Assembly (NCBI GenBank): GCA_951406725.2 | Contig: OX597823.1 | Coordinates: forward strand, 42,160,001 to 42,224,000 | DNA: 64,000 bases | DNA from: Octopus vulgaris | Taxonomy: Eukaryota | Direction: 5' to 3' | Shown here: positions 36,965-50,902 of the stretch, one piece after another | How positions within the stretch are numbered: position 1 is the stretch's first letter | How the letters are laid out: each line of letters begins with the position of its first letter | Made by a program: the position numbers and the translations under genes | Notes under the pieces: generated by a model | What the model saw: only the letters and a program-made list of their open reading frames with translations | Database searches by the model: none | What the model was told of the DNA's origin: nothing

Positions 36965-37766
36965 GCCCAGCCCACTTATGAATGCCTTTCCTCCCTTGGA
37001 CACAAAGACCGGTTGAGGCAAGCGAAGTCGATATAGAACCTCATCCGACGACAGACACCCATGCCAACCCCCCATGCTTGCGAAGACATGTTGGGGCAAG
37101 CGAAATCGAAATCGAAACCGAATTGAACCAGCCAGGATCCCTGGCCTGGTGGTACGTAAAAAGCACTATCCGACTCGTGGCCGTGGCACGTAAAATACTC
37201 CAATGCGACCGTACGACAGGCACCCATGCCAACCCCCTTTGCTTGTGAAGACATGTTGGGGCAAGCGAAATCGAAATCGAATTGAACCAGCCAGGATCCC
37301 TGGTCTGATGGTACGTAAAAAGCACTATCCGACTCGTGGCCGTGGCACGTAAAATACTCCAATGCGACCGTACGACAGGCACCCTTGCCAACCCCCTTTG
37401 CTTGTGAAGACATGTTGGGGCAAGCGAAATCGAAATCGAATTGAACCAGCCAGGATCCCTGGTCTGGTGGTACGTAAAAAGCACTATCCGACTCGTGGCC
37501 GGCTTCTGTGCCGGTGGCACATAAAATACACCAATCTGACCGTGGCCGTTGCCAGCCCCGCCTGGCACCTGTGCAGGTGGCACGTAAAAAGCACCCACTA
37601 CACTCACGGAGTGGTTGGCGTTAGGAAGGGCATCCAGCTGTAGAAACATTGCCAAATTTAGACTGGAGCCTGGTGCAGCCTTCTGGCTTCCCAGAACCCC
37701 GGTCGAACCGTCCAACCCATGCTAGCATGGAGAACGGACGTTAAACGACGATGATGATGATGATGA
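35141..37766 (+). mobile_element. Young 5'-truncated RTE LINE including 3'UTR and (GAT)n tail
   Basis: Uninterrupted ORF, CpG-rich 3'UTR and terminal CCATGCTAGCATGG...GTTAAACGACGATGATGAT. TA/TG microsatellites flank it. Confidence 0.92.
37048..37500 (+). repeat. ~2.8 tandem copies of a 159-165-bp unit in the LINE 3'UTR
   Basis: ACGACAG(A/G)CACCC starts at 37048, 37213 and 37372. Confidence 0.92.
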
Positions 37767-37768
37767 TA

Positions 37769-37814
<46 letters not shown>

Positions 37815-38743
37815 CATACATACATACATACATACATACACACATATAGATACATAGATATACATATAGATAGACGGATGGATGGACAGACATCTGACTG
37901 AATGTATCTGTTATCAAGTAGGGAAAGTGAAGGCAAAATATTTATTCAGTAAAGGTGATTCTAATATATAACTCTGTTTCATTCAAGAGAAATTTTTCAA
38001 GAGTGAAGTAATAAGAGCTTAGAAATATGTAGTCAACTACACAAATGGAAAGTACAAAGAAAATAACATAAAACATTCTGTATACATTTATATGCAAAAA
38101 TATCATAAGAGGTAACTGAAGAAAAATTTGGAAAAACTTTTATATAGTAACTAACTGAAATAAAGAGGAAAAAAGAAAATTTAGATAGAAAATTTTGTGA
38201 ACAACCTTCATAATGTAGTTGATATTATGATTATTGTATATGGTAAGAAGATAAATTATTTGAATAGCATAAAACACAGTGATATATAATTTAGTCATGA
38301 TGGCATTCATTTCACAATTATAGTGAGGGAACTATTAATTAATTTTAATTTATAAATACAATTAAGTAGTTGAAAATTGAAAAAAGAAAATTAGGCTGCT
38401 CTGATTAATTTACATACAGATTATATGGATTCAATAATTTTAGATAAACAATTATTAGTGTTGTTTAATTTAAATCTAATTATGGAATTAGAATGCACCC
38501 TAAAAATGTTAGTTCAGAAAGTGTGTTTAAGATAGGTTAAAAGATGTTATAGAGTAACAGAGTAAACTTTGTAAATTATATTAATTCTACAAGAGTAAGA
38601 ATTCAGAAAGATTATGTCAAAAATATTAATTAAAGAATTAAGGTTAAGTATTTTATCGTATTCAGTTATTTGAAGATGGTTGTGGAAAGTATTCATGAAT
38701 AAGTTTATCAGAAAAATAAGATGAGCTCGGGCTCATGCATATG

Positions 38744-38792
<49 letters not shown>

Positions 38793-39147
38793 ATATATGT
38801 ATATATATCCAAATTGAGGGAGTGGAATAGGTAAAATGCAGATTACGTATATTTCTTAGTAAGCTGATACTCAGATGTAATAGTTACTCAACAAGGAAAG
38901 CTCAACTTTGCTAATTATCAGTCTAAGGCTACTTTCATTATATGAAGATTACATTGTTGCTTGGAATTTCCAAGTTAGCTCACTACAGCATATCAAAATT
39001 CATTGCAACTTCATAATGGGAAAAAGTGTGAAACATTTGACGCCAATAAATTATTATCATACACTGCCAACCTTTTGTTCACTACACCTGTCACAGACTC
39101 CTTGAAGCTTACAAACTTCCTACACTTTGATCACTGGATCCTACCTT

Positions 39148-39200
<53 letters not shown>

Positions 39201-39693
39201 ATATATATATAATTACCCAATATCATATAGAGTATGAATTTGAATTATGATATATCAATCCAAAGTTGTCAAACAAAATATTTAATCAACCAGGATATTG
39301 TGGAAGTGTTTTAGGAAAGGAGGAGACAAGGTAAGGGGAAATTAAATTAATGAGATGAATAGTAATGGATAGTAAGGACTATGTAATGAGGAGGTAATGA
39401 GGAATAAAAGGAATCTTTAATTGGAATAATACTAACTTAAGGGATTAATGAAATTATATTAATAAGGTAAGTACAGATTTAAATCTGCAGATAAACTTGA
39501 ATAAATGTCCATGTCCATGCAGAATGGTGCAACAGTTGGTATAATTAATTGGCTGAAAATATTTGGAGATTTTAAAAGGTTCATAAATATAAGAGAGACA
39601 AAATGAATAAATATGTGAATTATATGCATCTTTGTCCTTTTTCCTAAATTTTAAATGGAAAATTCTAATCCTTCCAATAATTATGTAAAAATT

Positions 39694-40074
39694 GAGTGGC
39701 TGTGTGGTAAGTAGCTTGCTTACCAACCACATGGTTCTGGGTTCAGTCCCATTGCATAGCACCTTGGGCAAGTGTTTTCTACTATAGCCTCAGGCTGACC
39801 AAAGCCTTGTGAGTGGATTTGGTAGATGGAAACTGAAAGAAGCCCATCATATATATGTATATATATTTATGTGTGTGTATATATGTTGGTGTGTCTGTGT
39901 TTGTCCTCCCAATATCGTTTGACAACCGATGCTGGTGTGTTTACATCCCCCGTAACATAGCAGTTTGGCAAAAGAAACCAATAGAATAAGTCCTAGAGTC
40001 AATTTGCTCGACAAAAGGCAGTGCTCCAGCATGGCCACATTCAAATGACCAAAACAAGCAAAAGAGTAAAAGAG
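39694..40074 (+). mobile_element. Family A SINE
   Basis: Colinear with 7148-7508. Confidence 0.9.
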
Positions 40075-40568
40075 TCTTTTCTAACAACTGATCCCATTAC
40101 GTGAAAATACTTGTATGAAAGATTAGATTTTTGGTAAATAGTATCTCCAAATTATGAATGAAACAAAAATTTAAAAATTCTTTTTCTTGTTAAATGATTT
40201 AGATTTGAATAATATTTATATCATATAGTATTGAGTTATATTTCAGTTTTCAGATATAGCTCACGAGTGAAGTTTCCTTTCTTTTGTTTGGGTTTCTTAA
40301 GGTGTAAGTATGGGAATTATATCTTAATTTGAAAAAGCTAGACATATATTTAATGGTATCGGGAGATTTTTATGGCTAGAAGGTTTCCCTATCAAGACAG
40401 CTCACTTGTTTCTCAAGCAAAGAAATATCTATCCAAAAATACAGAGACAATGGCTGACTGTATGACATTTTCTATCAGTAGATGTCAGTGGTTGCAACAC
40501 AACCACAAATGATATTCCCACTATCTAAAGCCTTAGCTGCCACTGCTTTGTAAACATTCACACTGCAC

Positions 40569-41060
40569 ATCATCATCATCATCATCATCATCATTTAGCG
40601 TCCGTTTTCTATGCTACCATGGGTTGGACGGTTCAACTGGGGTCTGGGGAGCCCGAAGGCTGCACCAGGCCAGTCAGATCTGGCAGTGTTTCTACAGCTG
40701 GATGCCCTTCCTAACGCCAACCACTCCGAGAGTGTAGTGGGTGATTTTATGTGCCACCGACACAGGTGCCAGACGAGGCTGGCGAACGGCCACGCTCGGA
40801 TGGTGTTTTTATGTGCCACCGACACAGGTGCCAGACGAGGCTGGCAGACGGCCACGCTCGGATGGTGTTTTTATGTGCCACCGACACAGGTGCCAGATGA
40901 GGCTGGCGGATGGCCACGATCGGATGGTGTTTGTTACGTCCCCAAAGCACGGAGGCCAGTCTATGCGGTACTGGCTACGGCCACGTTCGGATGATTTTCT
41001 TGTGTGCCACCGGCACTGGTACCACAAAGATACAAATTCCATTGATGTTCATCTATTTTG
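40569..41060 (-). mobile_element. RTE-family 3'UTR element with three ~62-bp repeats, antisense near-twin of 21754-22204
   Basis: Near-identical reverse complement. The ORF track also shows the same peptides on opposite strands. Confidence 0.9.
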
Positions 41061-41093
41061 GTGTCTAAACTGGCAAAATGACCATTCCTGAAT

Positions 41094-41138
<45 letters not shown>

Positions 41139-41865
41139 TATATGTGTGTGTATGCTTACAGATAAGTAACAGGTGGTGACAGGAAGTGCATATATATATA
41201 TGTATACATATATATATAGTATTTATTTTATGAATATTGGTTCATTGGTTACTCTGCAAGAAAAATGCTAATCCTTGTAAATAAATATTTCTTCAATTAG
41301 TACATATAATTAAGTTTCTTATTTAATTAGAGAATATGTTATGGACCCATAAAAAGTCATATACATATATTTTTGTATGTTTGATTGTATATAGATATCA
41401 AAATTGCTATTTCAATTGAGATCCATAACAAATTTTCCTGTTATATTCTACTCTCAGATTACATATATACATACAGAGAGTGAGCAAGTGACAGAATGGA
41501 ATAGACAGAATAAGAAGAGACATGTGGGATAGAAAGTTGTTGATGAGGTTAAAGGATGTATGATGAAAGGAACTTTGACAAAGAAACTAATACAATAATA
41601 AGAAACCTGAAGCACAGACCAAATATATAGTGCATGTGTTTAATTAGCAAAATATGACAATCTTCAAGTATTACAATATAGACATATATATGTGTGTGTG
41701 TAATATATTTATATATGTATGTTTATATATATATGTATATATATACACATATGTATAAATGTATATATATATGTTAATATGTATATATATATATATATAT
41801 GTATGTATATATGTGTATATATATATATGTATATATACGTATATATATATATATGTAGATATATG

Positions 41866-41922
<57 letters not shown>

Positions 41923-41930
41923 ATATATAA

Positions 41931-41971
<41 letters not shown>

Positions 41972-41975
<4 letters not shown>

Positions 41976-42120
41976 GACCACCTTTGGTCATGATTGACCA
42001 TGGGATTGCACCTAGAAAGTTACCCTCCGAGGCACAAGCATGGGCAAGGTTGTTTATGGAAGACCAGCAGTCGTCCATGCATACCAGCCTCCCCTCTCCA
42101 CACCACCGATGTTATCCAAG
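41972..42120 (-). mobile_element. 3' fragment of family D SINE
   Basis: Matches 461-612. Confidence 0.75.
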
Positions 42121-42831
42121 AGTATGGCTTGAGTCCTCAATTTTGTTGTTTAAGGTAATGAGCTGATATTCTTGCGTTCTTTATGTATATCCTCATTTGT
42201 ATTTTTATTCGATGTGTTTATCTTCTGTGGCATTTTCGGTCTCGCATGCCTTAATATATGCGGGTGAGAAACTTGGTATGCGAAAGCCCATGGTTGGATA
42301 TATAAAAAACAAAACAGAATGAAAAACTACAGAAGGCTTGTATTATGTGATTAAAGAATATATTTTGTCATGTTAGGAAAATGTTATAACATTTTGGGTG
42401 TAGTGACATTGTTTTTGGAGAAATAACCAGTTTCGTATTTCCTTTTCAAATTCCTTTACCGATATTGTATCATCTCTTCCCTATGGTGTGATGTAAGAAA
42501 GTTCTAAACAGGGGGAGGTAATCAGGGATTTTTTCAGTATAAGGGGGATAATCAAAAATGTTGGGAATGGTTAGGTTTTATTAATTTAACATGATTTGGT
42601 TTTGACAGAATAAAATTTTAGAAGTGGTTAAATTTTGCTTTATATATTTTAATGAGGTAAGTTTCCTTTGTTAAAAATGCTAGAAATGGTTAAGTTTTGG
42701 CTTATATTTTTCAATGAAGTAAGTTTCCTTATTTAATCTAACTTGTGTTGATATTCCAAAGGTACATTGATAATATTGAAAGATTACAAATTGTGGTAGC
42801 AGTTGCTTTGTGCATCTCACAATGTGTTCAC

Positions 42832-42906
42832 TAAAGGGTATCATTCTGTATTCTGGAAATGCAATCTGCTAGATTGCATTCCCAAAATACAGGATGATAC
42901 CCTTTA
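42832..42906. repeat. 75-bp near-perfect palindrome (36-bp arms, 3-nt loop) with TA ends; tiny MITE-like element
   Basis: TAAAGGGTATCATTCTGTATTCTGGAAATGCAATCT-GCT-AGATTGCATTCCCAAAATACAGGATGATACCCTTTA, with 33/36 positions complementary. Confidence 0.9.
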
Positions 42907-43015
42907 TAACATTTTCCAAACATAACTATTTGAATATATTCTTTAACTAGTCTTCTATAGTTTTTTCCTTCTGTTTTGTTTTTTATACATCCAGCCACGT
43001 GCTTTCACATACTAA

Positions 43016-43079
<64 letters not shown>

Positions 43080-44539
43080 TGAATATATAAATGCACACAC
43101 ACACACACATATATATATACACACAAATACACACAGACATATGATATATAGACAGGCATGTATATACACACACATATACATACATAGCTTCAATTGGTTA
43201 TAAATTTCATTAATATCTTTGTGGCTCAGTGCCAATGTGAGAAAATACTAAGCCCATGTATACACAAAATCTCCCCTATTGTGAGCACTTCCTGTTCTTT
43301 GTCTACATCCTCCACACATGCTCAGAACCAAGCAGTTTTTCCTACTTCACATCACCATCATCCCTCTCTCTCTCTCTTTCTCTCTTTGTCCACTAATCAT
43401 TAAGATATGACTATCAATTTTTCATATTTTTCCTCAGACATTATTTCATATCAGGTTGTTGTTAATAAATCACATTCATTTAAAAGTTTGCCTTTGAATA
43501 ATCTCCTTGACTTCTACAAGAATGAATTTATGCAAAGGTATTGGACAGTGTTAGGTGGAGGTGAAACGTTCGAGGGTGTGCATATATGTGTGTGTGTGAG
43601 TGAGAGAGTGAGAGGGAGACAGAGAAAAGAAGGGGAGCGATGGAAGTTGACCAAGCATGGGAGATACAATTCAAAAATGATTACTGTCATCATTATTTTC
43701 ATTGTAATTATATTTTATTACTTTTTTATTGTTATGAATATCTTTCATCTTTATATGTATTTGATTTAACTTGCAGAAAAATATCTATTATTATCTATTA
43801 TTATTATTGGTGGTGGTGGTGGTATTATTATTACTTTTATTATTATTATTATCATTATTATTATTATTATTTAATACTAATACTACTGAACGTAGAGATT
43901 AAATTTCTATTGTTTCTATCTCATAAATGAAATGTAAATGTCTGAGAAAAATCGCCACAAAAGACAACATGTCCACCATCAAGCATTTGTTTTTCGTTTA
44001 TTTTTCTTCATTTTTACATAATTTTTTTTAATGCTTTTATTTTCATTATTGTTATTATTGTTGTTATTAATTGTCTGTGAATGAAACCAAAATTGAAGAT
44101 TTTTAGAAGCTTTTATTTGAAAATCATTGTCAAAATTCAGTTCCACCCCTCAGACATCTACCGTGACACACCACATACAAATAATTAGATACAGTAGAAA
44201 ACAATGAAATGATGAAAAAATTTTATTACAAAATAGTGTGTGTATGCATGTGTGTGCATGTGTATGTAAGTATGTGCACATGTGTGTGTGTGTGAAATGA
44301 GAGAGCTTCCACTGATCAGGAACAAAGATTAGTATTTAATGTCGTCCCTTTCCTCTCCTCTTCTCTTCTTTCAAAAATTTATTTGTTTTACAGTATTCAA
44401 GTTCAGGTCTTTAATGTTTTATGTACGTGTCCATCCTGTATCCTTCCTTGTTCTTTAATAAATGGGAGGTGGATGGGGTCAACAAGAGGTTTAGGAAGTG
44501 CAGAACTTCCCAGCAAAATTGATACACAATGATTGATAT

Positions 44540-44576
<37 letters not shown>

Positions 44577-45567
44577 CAGATATTCACACACACAGACACA
44601 TCTAGTATCTGCATGTCCAAAGAGATAGTATCTCAGGATAAATACTGTTGTAACCTGTCTTTCAATGATGAATACACATTAAGTTATATATATATTGGTA
44701 AAGGATTAATAAAGAACTCGAGGCACTCTTATGGCAGAGTCCAAGGTTATAGTTCATTACCATTCAATATTGCATATCTGTGGTTGTGCTCCAGTCAAAC
44801 TGGTTTTTACACAGAGTGACATACAAGGCGAGTATAAATAATGGTTATTACATATTTTTCCTTTATTGGAGTAAACCTGGCTTACAGCTGTTTCCAGTAG
44901 TCATTAGAAGTTTGTTACTTATTGGTTTCTCAATTGGTCTATTGATCATTTGAGAAAAGTTGCATGACCTAAAAAATTAATGCTACGTTCCTCAAAGCCA
45001 TGTCCCAGCATGGCAACGGTCTAATGACTGAAACAAGTAAAAGATAAATAATGATTACATTAATCCTTTCTACTAAAGGCACATGGCCTGACATGTTGAT
45101 GGAGGAAATAAGTTGATTGCATTGATCCCAGAGTTTCAGTGGTATTTAATTTATCGACCCCAAAAAGATGAAAGGCAAAGTCAACTTTGGCAGGATTTGA
45201 GTTTAGAATGTAAAGACAGACGAAACGCTGCTAAGCATTTTGCCTGGCATAACAATAATAATAAAAATGAATACATAAATAAATAATAGTAATAATAATA
45301 ATAATAATAATAATGATAATAATAATATCAAACCACAATAATAATAATAATATCAATATCAATAATAAAATAAATAAAAAGATAAAATAAAATATAATTT
45401 AAAAAATTTTAATGATTTTAAAATTCAACTAAATAGAAAAAACTATACACATACATATATATGCAATTAAAATAATAAGGGTGAAAAATTTAATATTTAT
45501 TTGATTGATATCAATTTAAAACCGGTGGCCTAGCATATCGAAAAAAATCTGAAGATTCAGAAAAATT

Positions 45568-45851
45568 ATATTACATACATATAAGAGGGATGACCACTAA
45601 GTGGACATACATTATGCTAGAAGTCGACCCCCTATGGTCTTACCACTAAGAAAGGAATGTTCTCAAGAAAATTTAGCAAACACTAGAATGTAAGTGAGCA
45701 AGACAAATGAAAAGATACAAAATATACAGACTAATCACAAACCAGTATCGTTATTACCATTTATGTAATCACTTATGTAGATGTCAGAAGGTCGACTTCT
45801 AGCATAATGGATGTTCACTTAGCGGTCATCCCTCTTATATGTATGTTATAT
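45568..45851. repeat. Inverted repeat with ~62-bp arms (45568-45629 / 45790-45851) and ~160-bp spacer
   Basis: ACATACATATAAGAGGGATGACCACTAAGTGGACATACATTATGCTAGAAGTCGACC and its near reverse complement. Confidence 0.88.
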
Positions 45852-46390
45852 GTGAAATTAGGTAATTTTCATTTATCCCTGAGGCATCATACCCAACTCA
45901 ACCAATGTCTCTTGCTATAATGTTGAAGTTATCTAGAGAACCTGCAGAAGGATTTATTATAAAAATGCTTACAACGTATCACTAATTCCTGCCTGCAGTT
46001 AATAAGAATACTCTCTTATGTAAGTATTGGGTGTAACTGCCCTAAGTAAAGTTCACATCTATTTCTTCCTATTTCATACAGTTTTTCTTGACATAGGATT
46101 GACCATTTTGACTCATATTCTGTCTTTTCATCTCTAAGTAGCTATATTAGCTTGCTATTGCTTGCCATTACACATGTTTCATTTGCTAATAGGAATTACA
46201 GTGTTTTACATGTTATATAGATGTGTGTAAAGAATTTCCTATTAGAAATTCTTCAGACAGAGAAATTACATAATACAAATTTTACCCCTGGATGAAGCAT
46301 TTATATTTAGTAACCAGGAGTTGTTGATTGTTGAGGTGAAGGAAGAAAGAGCAAATCAAATATTACAGAAAAATCAAAGAGTGTGAGAGT

Positions 46391-46428
<38 letters not shown>

Positions 46429-47187
46429 TATACATAGATATACACACACACGCACATATATATATTTACATAGACACACACACACATATATATACATATG
46501 CATATACACATGCATGCATACATATGTATATGTATGCATATATATGCACACACACTCACACATTCTTACACAAAATCATAGACATGTTCATATTTAGATT
46601 TATATAAACAAGTCTATGTATGTAAATCTTTACAAACATCTGTATATAAAAACATACTCAGATTATTCAAGTATATATAGACACACACACATATACATAT
46701 ATATGCACATGTATATACTACATATGCACAAATATGTATATACACACACATGCATCACACATGCACATACTTAAACATACATATACCCATATTTATACAC
46801 AAATATACACATACATACATAGGTTTATAAACATACACATTTACATACATGCATCATCATATGCAAAATTTGAAACACGATTGCAAAGAGTTATATATAT
46901 CTATTTTTACACAGCAAAAAAGAAAATACAAATGTTTGTAGAAGAAATATAATTAAATAAAACAATAATACATATAATTTTATGGGTGTGGGGAGGAAAT
47001 ATAGATGTAAGTGTATATACTGTTTGAACGAAAAACAAGGAAAAAATAATTCAAAAACCATAGGAGTATTTATACATCTATATAAGTTGATGCTCATAAA
47101 CACACTCACACACACATACAAATTTATATGCATACATTTTATTGTACATACCTGCAACATTTAAAGAAGTGTATGTATGTATATGTA

Positions 47188-47225
<38 letters not shown>

Positions 47226-47475
47226 AAAACAAAAATACACAAAGTTTATAATTGTTGTTGATTTCATAACCATAAATATTTTTAAAAATGAGATGAAGTA
47301 AATTGTATTTAGTAAGTGAGTATGTAATTTATGATGATGTTTATTTGATTATAGATAACTAAGATGTATGAGAGAGAGAGAGAGAGAGACATACAGACAG
47401 ACAGACAGACAGAGAGAAACAAAGAAATGAGAGGTAGTGATGCAGATAAACACAACTGGGCTTGACACGTATATA

Positions 47476-47550
<75 letters not shown>

Positions 47551-47742
47551 CACATAAACACATATATCTATATATATATATATATATTTATCTGCATCGT
47601 TACCTCCATATTAACTCACCTTGGCTTTCTCAAAGTAACCACTTTTGACAATCTGTAGGCCTAGATCTGAATGAAGACTTCTAGAGAGTCCCTTTAAGTA
47701 ATGTCTTAACAACCAGATGTCCTCTTTTAGGATCTCTGAGAG

Positions 47743-47945
47743 GCCAGCTACATATGGCATTTAAAAGAAGAGGGTACCCCAAACAATTAAATGGAAGCTC
47801 CTGAAGCAACCTGGGCCATACCATAACAGAAGTAAATGATGCAGACTTCATTTGGCTTTGAAAACAAGAATCCTGAAGAACTCACTTGATAGGCTGATGA
47901 GGATGGGGGCTTCTTAAACTCCAACAATGAAATGTTAAAAATATG
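47743..47945 (+). pseudogene. Decayed Penelope-like GIY-YIG endonuclease C-terminus
   Basis: ASYIWHLKEEGTP/IKWKLLKQPGPYHNRSK*CRLHLALKTRIL...LNSNNEM resembles PLE LSKYIWxLK...IKWxIL...PY...KRCxLCLxEKxxI...LNKRxE. Confidence 0.65.
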
Positions 47946-48753
47946 GAAGTCCCTGCTTGCCTATTAGTGAACAAAGTGCATACAAATGCTGACTAGTTTC
48001 AGATGCAACTGGAACCACTCAAAAGGGGACAACTACATCTTGCCCAGAAGAGATGTAGCTCTGTAGAAATTTGTTTCAGGATTTTTTACACAATCCTGAC
48101 TAATGGGAGTCTGTTTTCTTACCTGCAGTTATAGAGAAATTATATACCTCTCACCAAAAAGTCTGATAAGTCACCATTTACAGTTAAGAACTTTATAGGT
48201 GCAAAACCTATGGCAACTTTTTCATCAGCCATTACCAACAACTATATTAATTATTTTAAAAGTGTTTGAGTATGCTTCTTTTTAGACTTATGAACTACTA
48301 ATCGATTATATATATTCCACCTATTGTCCAAAGTAGGTAGACTAGGGGCCACTGCCAGATATAATTGGTCAGCAAGTATTTAAAAACAAAAGACTTACTA
48401 TTAATAAACCATTATTCTCTGGGGAAAAATAAATGAATGATATATGCTATAAGGGGCCTGAAGCTATTTAAGTCAATATAAAAATAAAAATATACATAAA
48501 ACAAAATAAGACTAATTAAATAATAATAATAAAAATTTTGTTTTCTTTAAATTTTTCCTTGCATCTCACTTCATCAGAGATGTTGTATATCTATATAAAG
48601 ACTATGTGAGTTTTTCATTGCCCTCTTTTCTCTTTTCTATTCTCATTTCCTCTATTACTTGTCTCTCTCTGGAATTTCTTTTAGTATCCAATAAAGAAGT
48701 ATTATTCTATAACTTCCACTCTATAACAGTTTTCTTTTGAGCACCAGTTTAAT

Positions 48754-48811
<58 letters not shown>

Positions 48812-49562
48812 GTACAGTTTTCATTTTATTTTTGTGTAGAAGAGAAATAAAGCTGTATATAAACATATGACACTTGCTGCATCTATATTATTGTCATCAA
48901 TCAAAAAATTTACTATGAATTGTTTATCAATTTCTTGGGACAATTTAATAATAATTACTTCCTATAAAATTGTCTGGAGAAATGCAATGACCACTGTTTA
49001 TTCAACTAATCCTCATTCTGTAGATTACTCATAAGCTAGTGTAATGTGATTCAAGTTATGAGTGAAAATCATCTTGAAAATGTATTTCTATGTCTTCAGA
49101 GTTGCATTATGTTTTGGCTTGTATATACAGTTATAGCAAAACATGTTGAACAGTAACAATCTCAAATATAAGTATGTTTTAAAATCTAATATATTATTTC
49201 AGTTATCTTTTCCAAGATAATTTCTAAAACACACACATGAATACAAGTGTATCTGCACATAAGTATACACGCATACAAATTTAAAACTAATAGTTGAAAT
49301 CTACCTAATTTCAGCTTAAGCTACAATTCACTTACATATATCTGTGCTTGTTTGTGTGTGCAAATATATATTTGTGTATACATGTGCATGTATGTATGTA
49401 TGCATGTATGTATAAATGTGTCTGTGTATATGTGTGTGTGTATAAATATATGCATATATATATATTACATGTGTATAGAGGCATATATGTACATAGATGC
49501 ATGAGTGTATACACCTATATATACAAACATATGCATATGAATATACTTACACACACGCACAC

Positions 49563-49619
<57 letters not shown>

Positions 49620-50129
49620 GACACACACACATACAGAAATGCACACACATAATCACTCACACGTACATATCCACATACATACACACCATATAATTTCAGG
49701 TTTAATGGACTGATGAATTAGTGGAAAATGTTTTTATTAACTGTTATGGATAAATTATTAAGTTTTGAAAGCATTTCTATTGTGAACCAGTGAAAATTCA
49801 GAGAAAATTTCCATAAAATACATATAAAATGAGAAGAAATTTACATTTGAACATATCTGTACAACATAAGGGTTTAATGTGTCTGAACAACATCTCACTA
49901 CTACTGTTTCCTTGTTTGCAGAGATATTTTGCCTGTGTACTTTCCAAAGTCTGACCTAACTGTTGTTTTCCCAACTCTCCCTCAATTTACCTCTGCTCTC
50001 TAAAATCTTTTATGTTTTTATTTACTCTATATTTCAATATACTTTTTGATTATTGTTATTATCACATGCAACAATGCTTTTTAATACACATTCACAACAT
50101 CTCACATGTACATATGCACATATACAAGA

Positions 50130-50169
<40 letters not shown>

Positions 50170-50254
50170 GTGGAGTTAAATTATATGTATATATATGTAT
50201 ACATATATATACATATATATAAATACATATATAAATATATATATTTATAATAGG

Positions 50255-50314
<60 letters not shown>

Positions 50315-50479
50315 CACACACATATATATATACACATGCACACACATATACACACACACACACATATATATATATACACATATACACACACGCACATTCA
50401 TTTAAATGTTCAAGCACATATACATACATATATATGTGTAAGCATGTAATTATGTGATGTGTGTATGATATATTTGTTT

Positions 50480-50636
50480 ATGTATGTATGCATGTATGCA
50501 TGTATGTATATATGTATGTATGTATACATGCATGCGTGTATGTATGTATGTATGTATGTATGTATGTATGTATGTATGCATGCATGTATGTATGCATGTA
50601 TGTATGTATGTATGTATGTATGTATGTATGTATATG
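50480..50636. repeat. (TATG)n microsatellite
   Basis: Direct reading. Confidence 0.95.
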
Positions 50637-50640
50637 CATA

Positions 50641-50764
50641 TATGAGGTCTGATCAGGAAGGATCCGGGCTGTTGCCATGGTAATAGAGCTAAAGTATGCA
50701 GGGTGAAACTACTTGCCACAGATTGACCTTGAGCTCTGTCACACATGCACAGTACATTACGACT
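50641..50764 (+). mobile_element. Mariner 5' terminal fragment
   Basis: TA|TGAGGTCTGATCAGGAAGGATCCGG is a TIR-like start. The downstream part matches the reverse complement of ~13040-13110. Confidence 0.65.
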
Positions 50765-50902
50765 TCATCATGATCATTATCATCATTTAGCATCCATTTC
50801 CATGCTTGTATTTGTTAAATGTTTTGACTGGAACTGATAAACTGGAGTGCTGTACCAGGCTCTAGTGTGGTTTGGCTTGGTTATCTGACAGCTGACAGAA
50901 CA

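Noticed and set aside
35563-37715. Several antisense ORFs of 70-224 aa over the LINE
   Set aside because: They are shadows of the RT frame and of tandem units whose lengths are multiples of three.
42241-42285. TCGCATGCC...GAAACTTGGTATGCGA as a hammerhead
   Set aside because: A stem and GAAAC..GUA are present, but there is no CUGANGA core.
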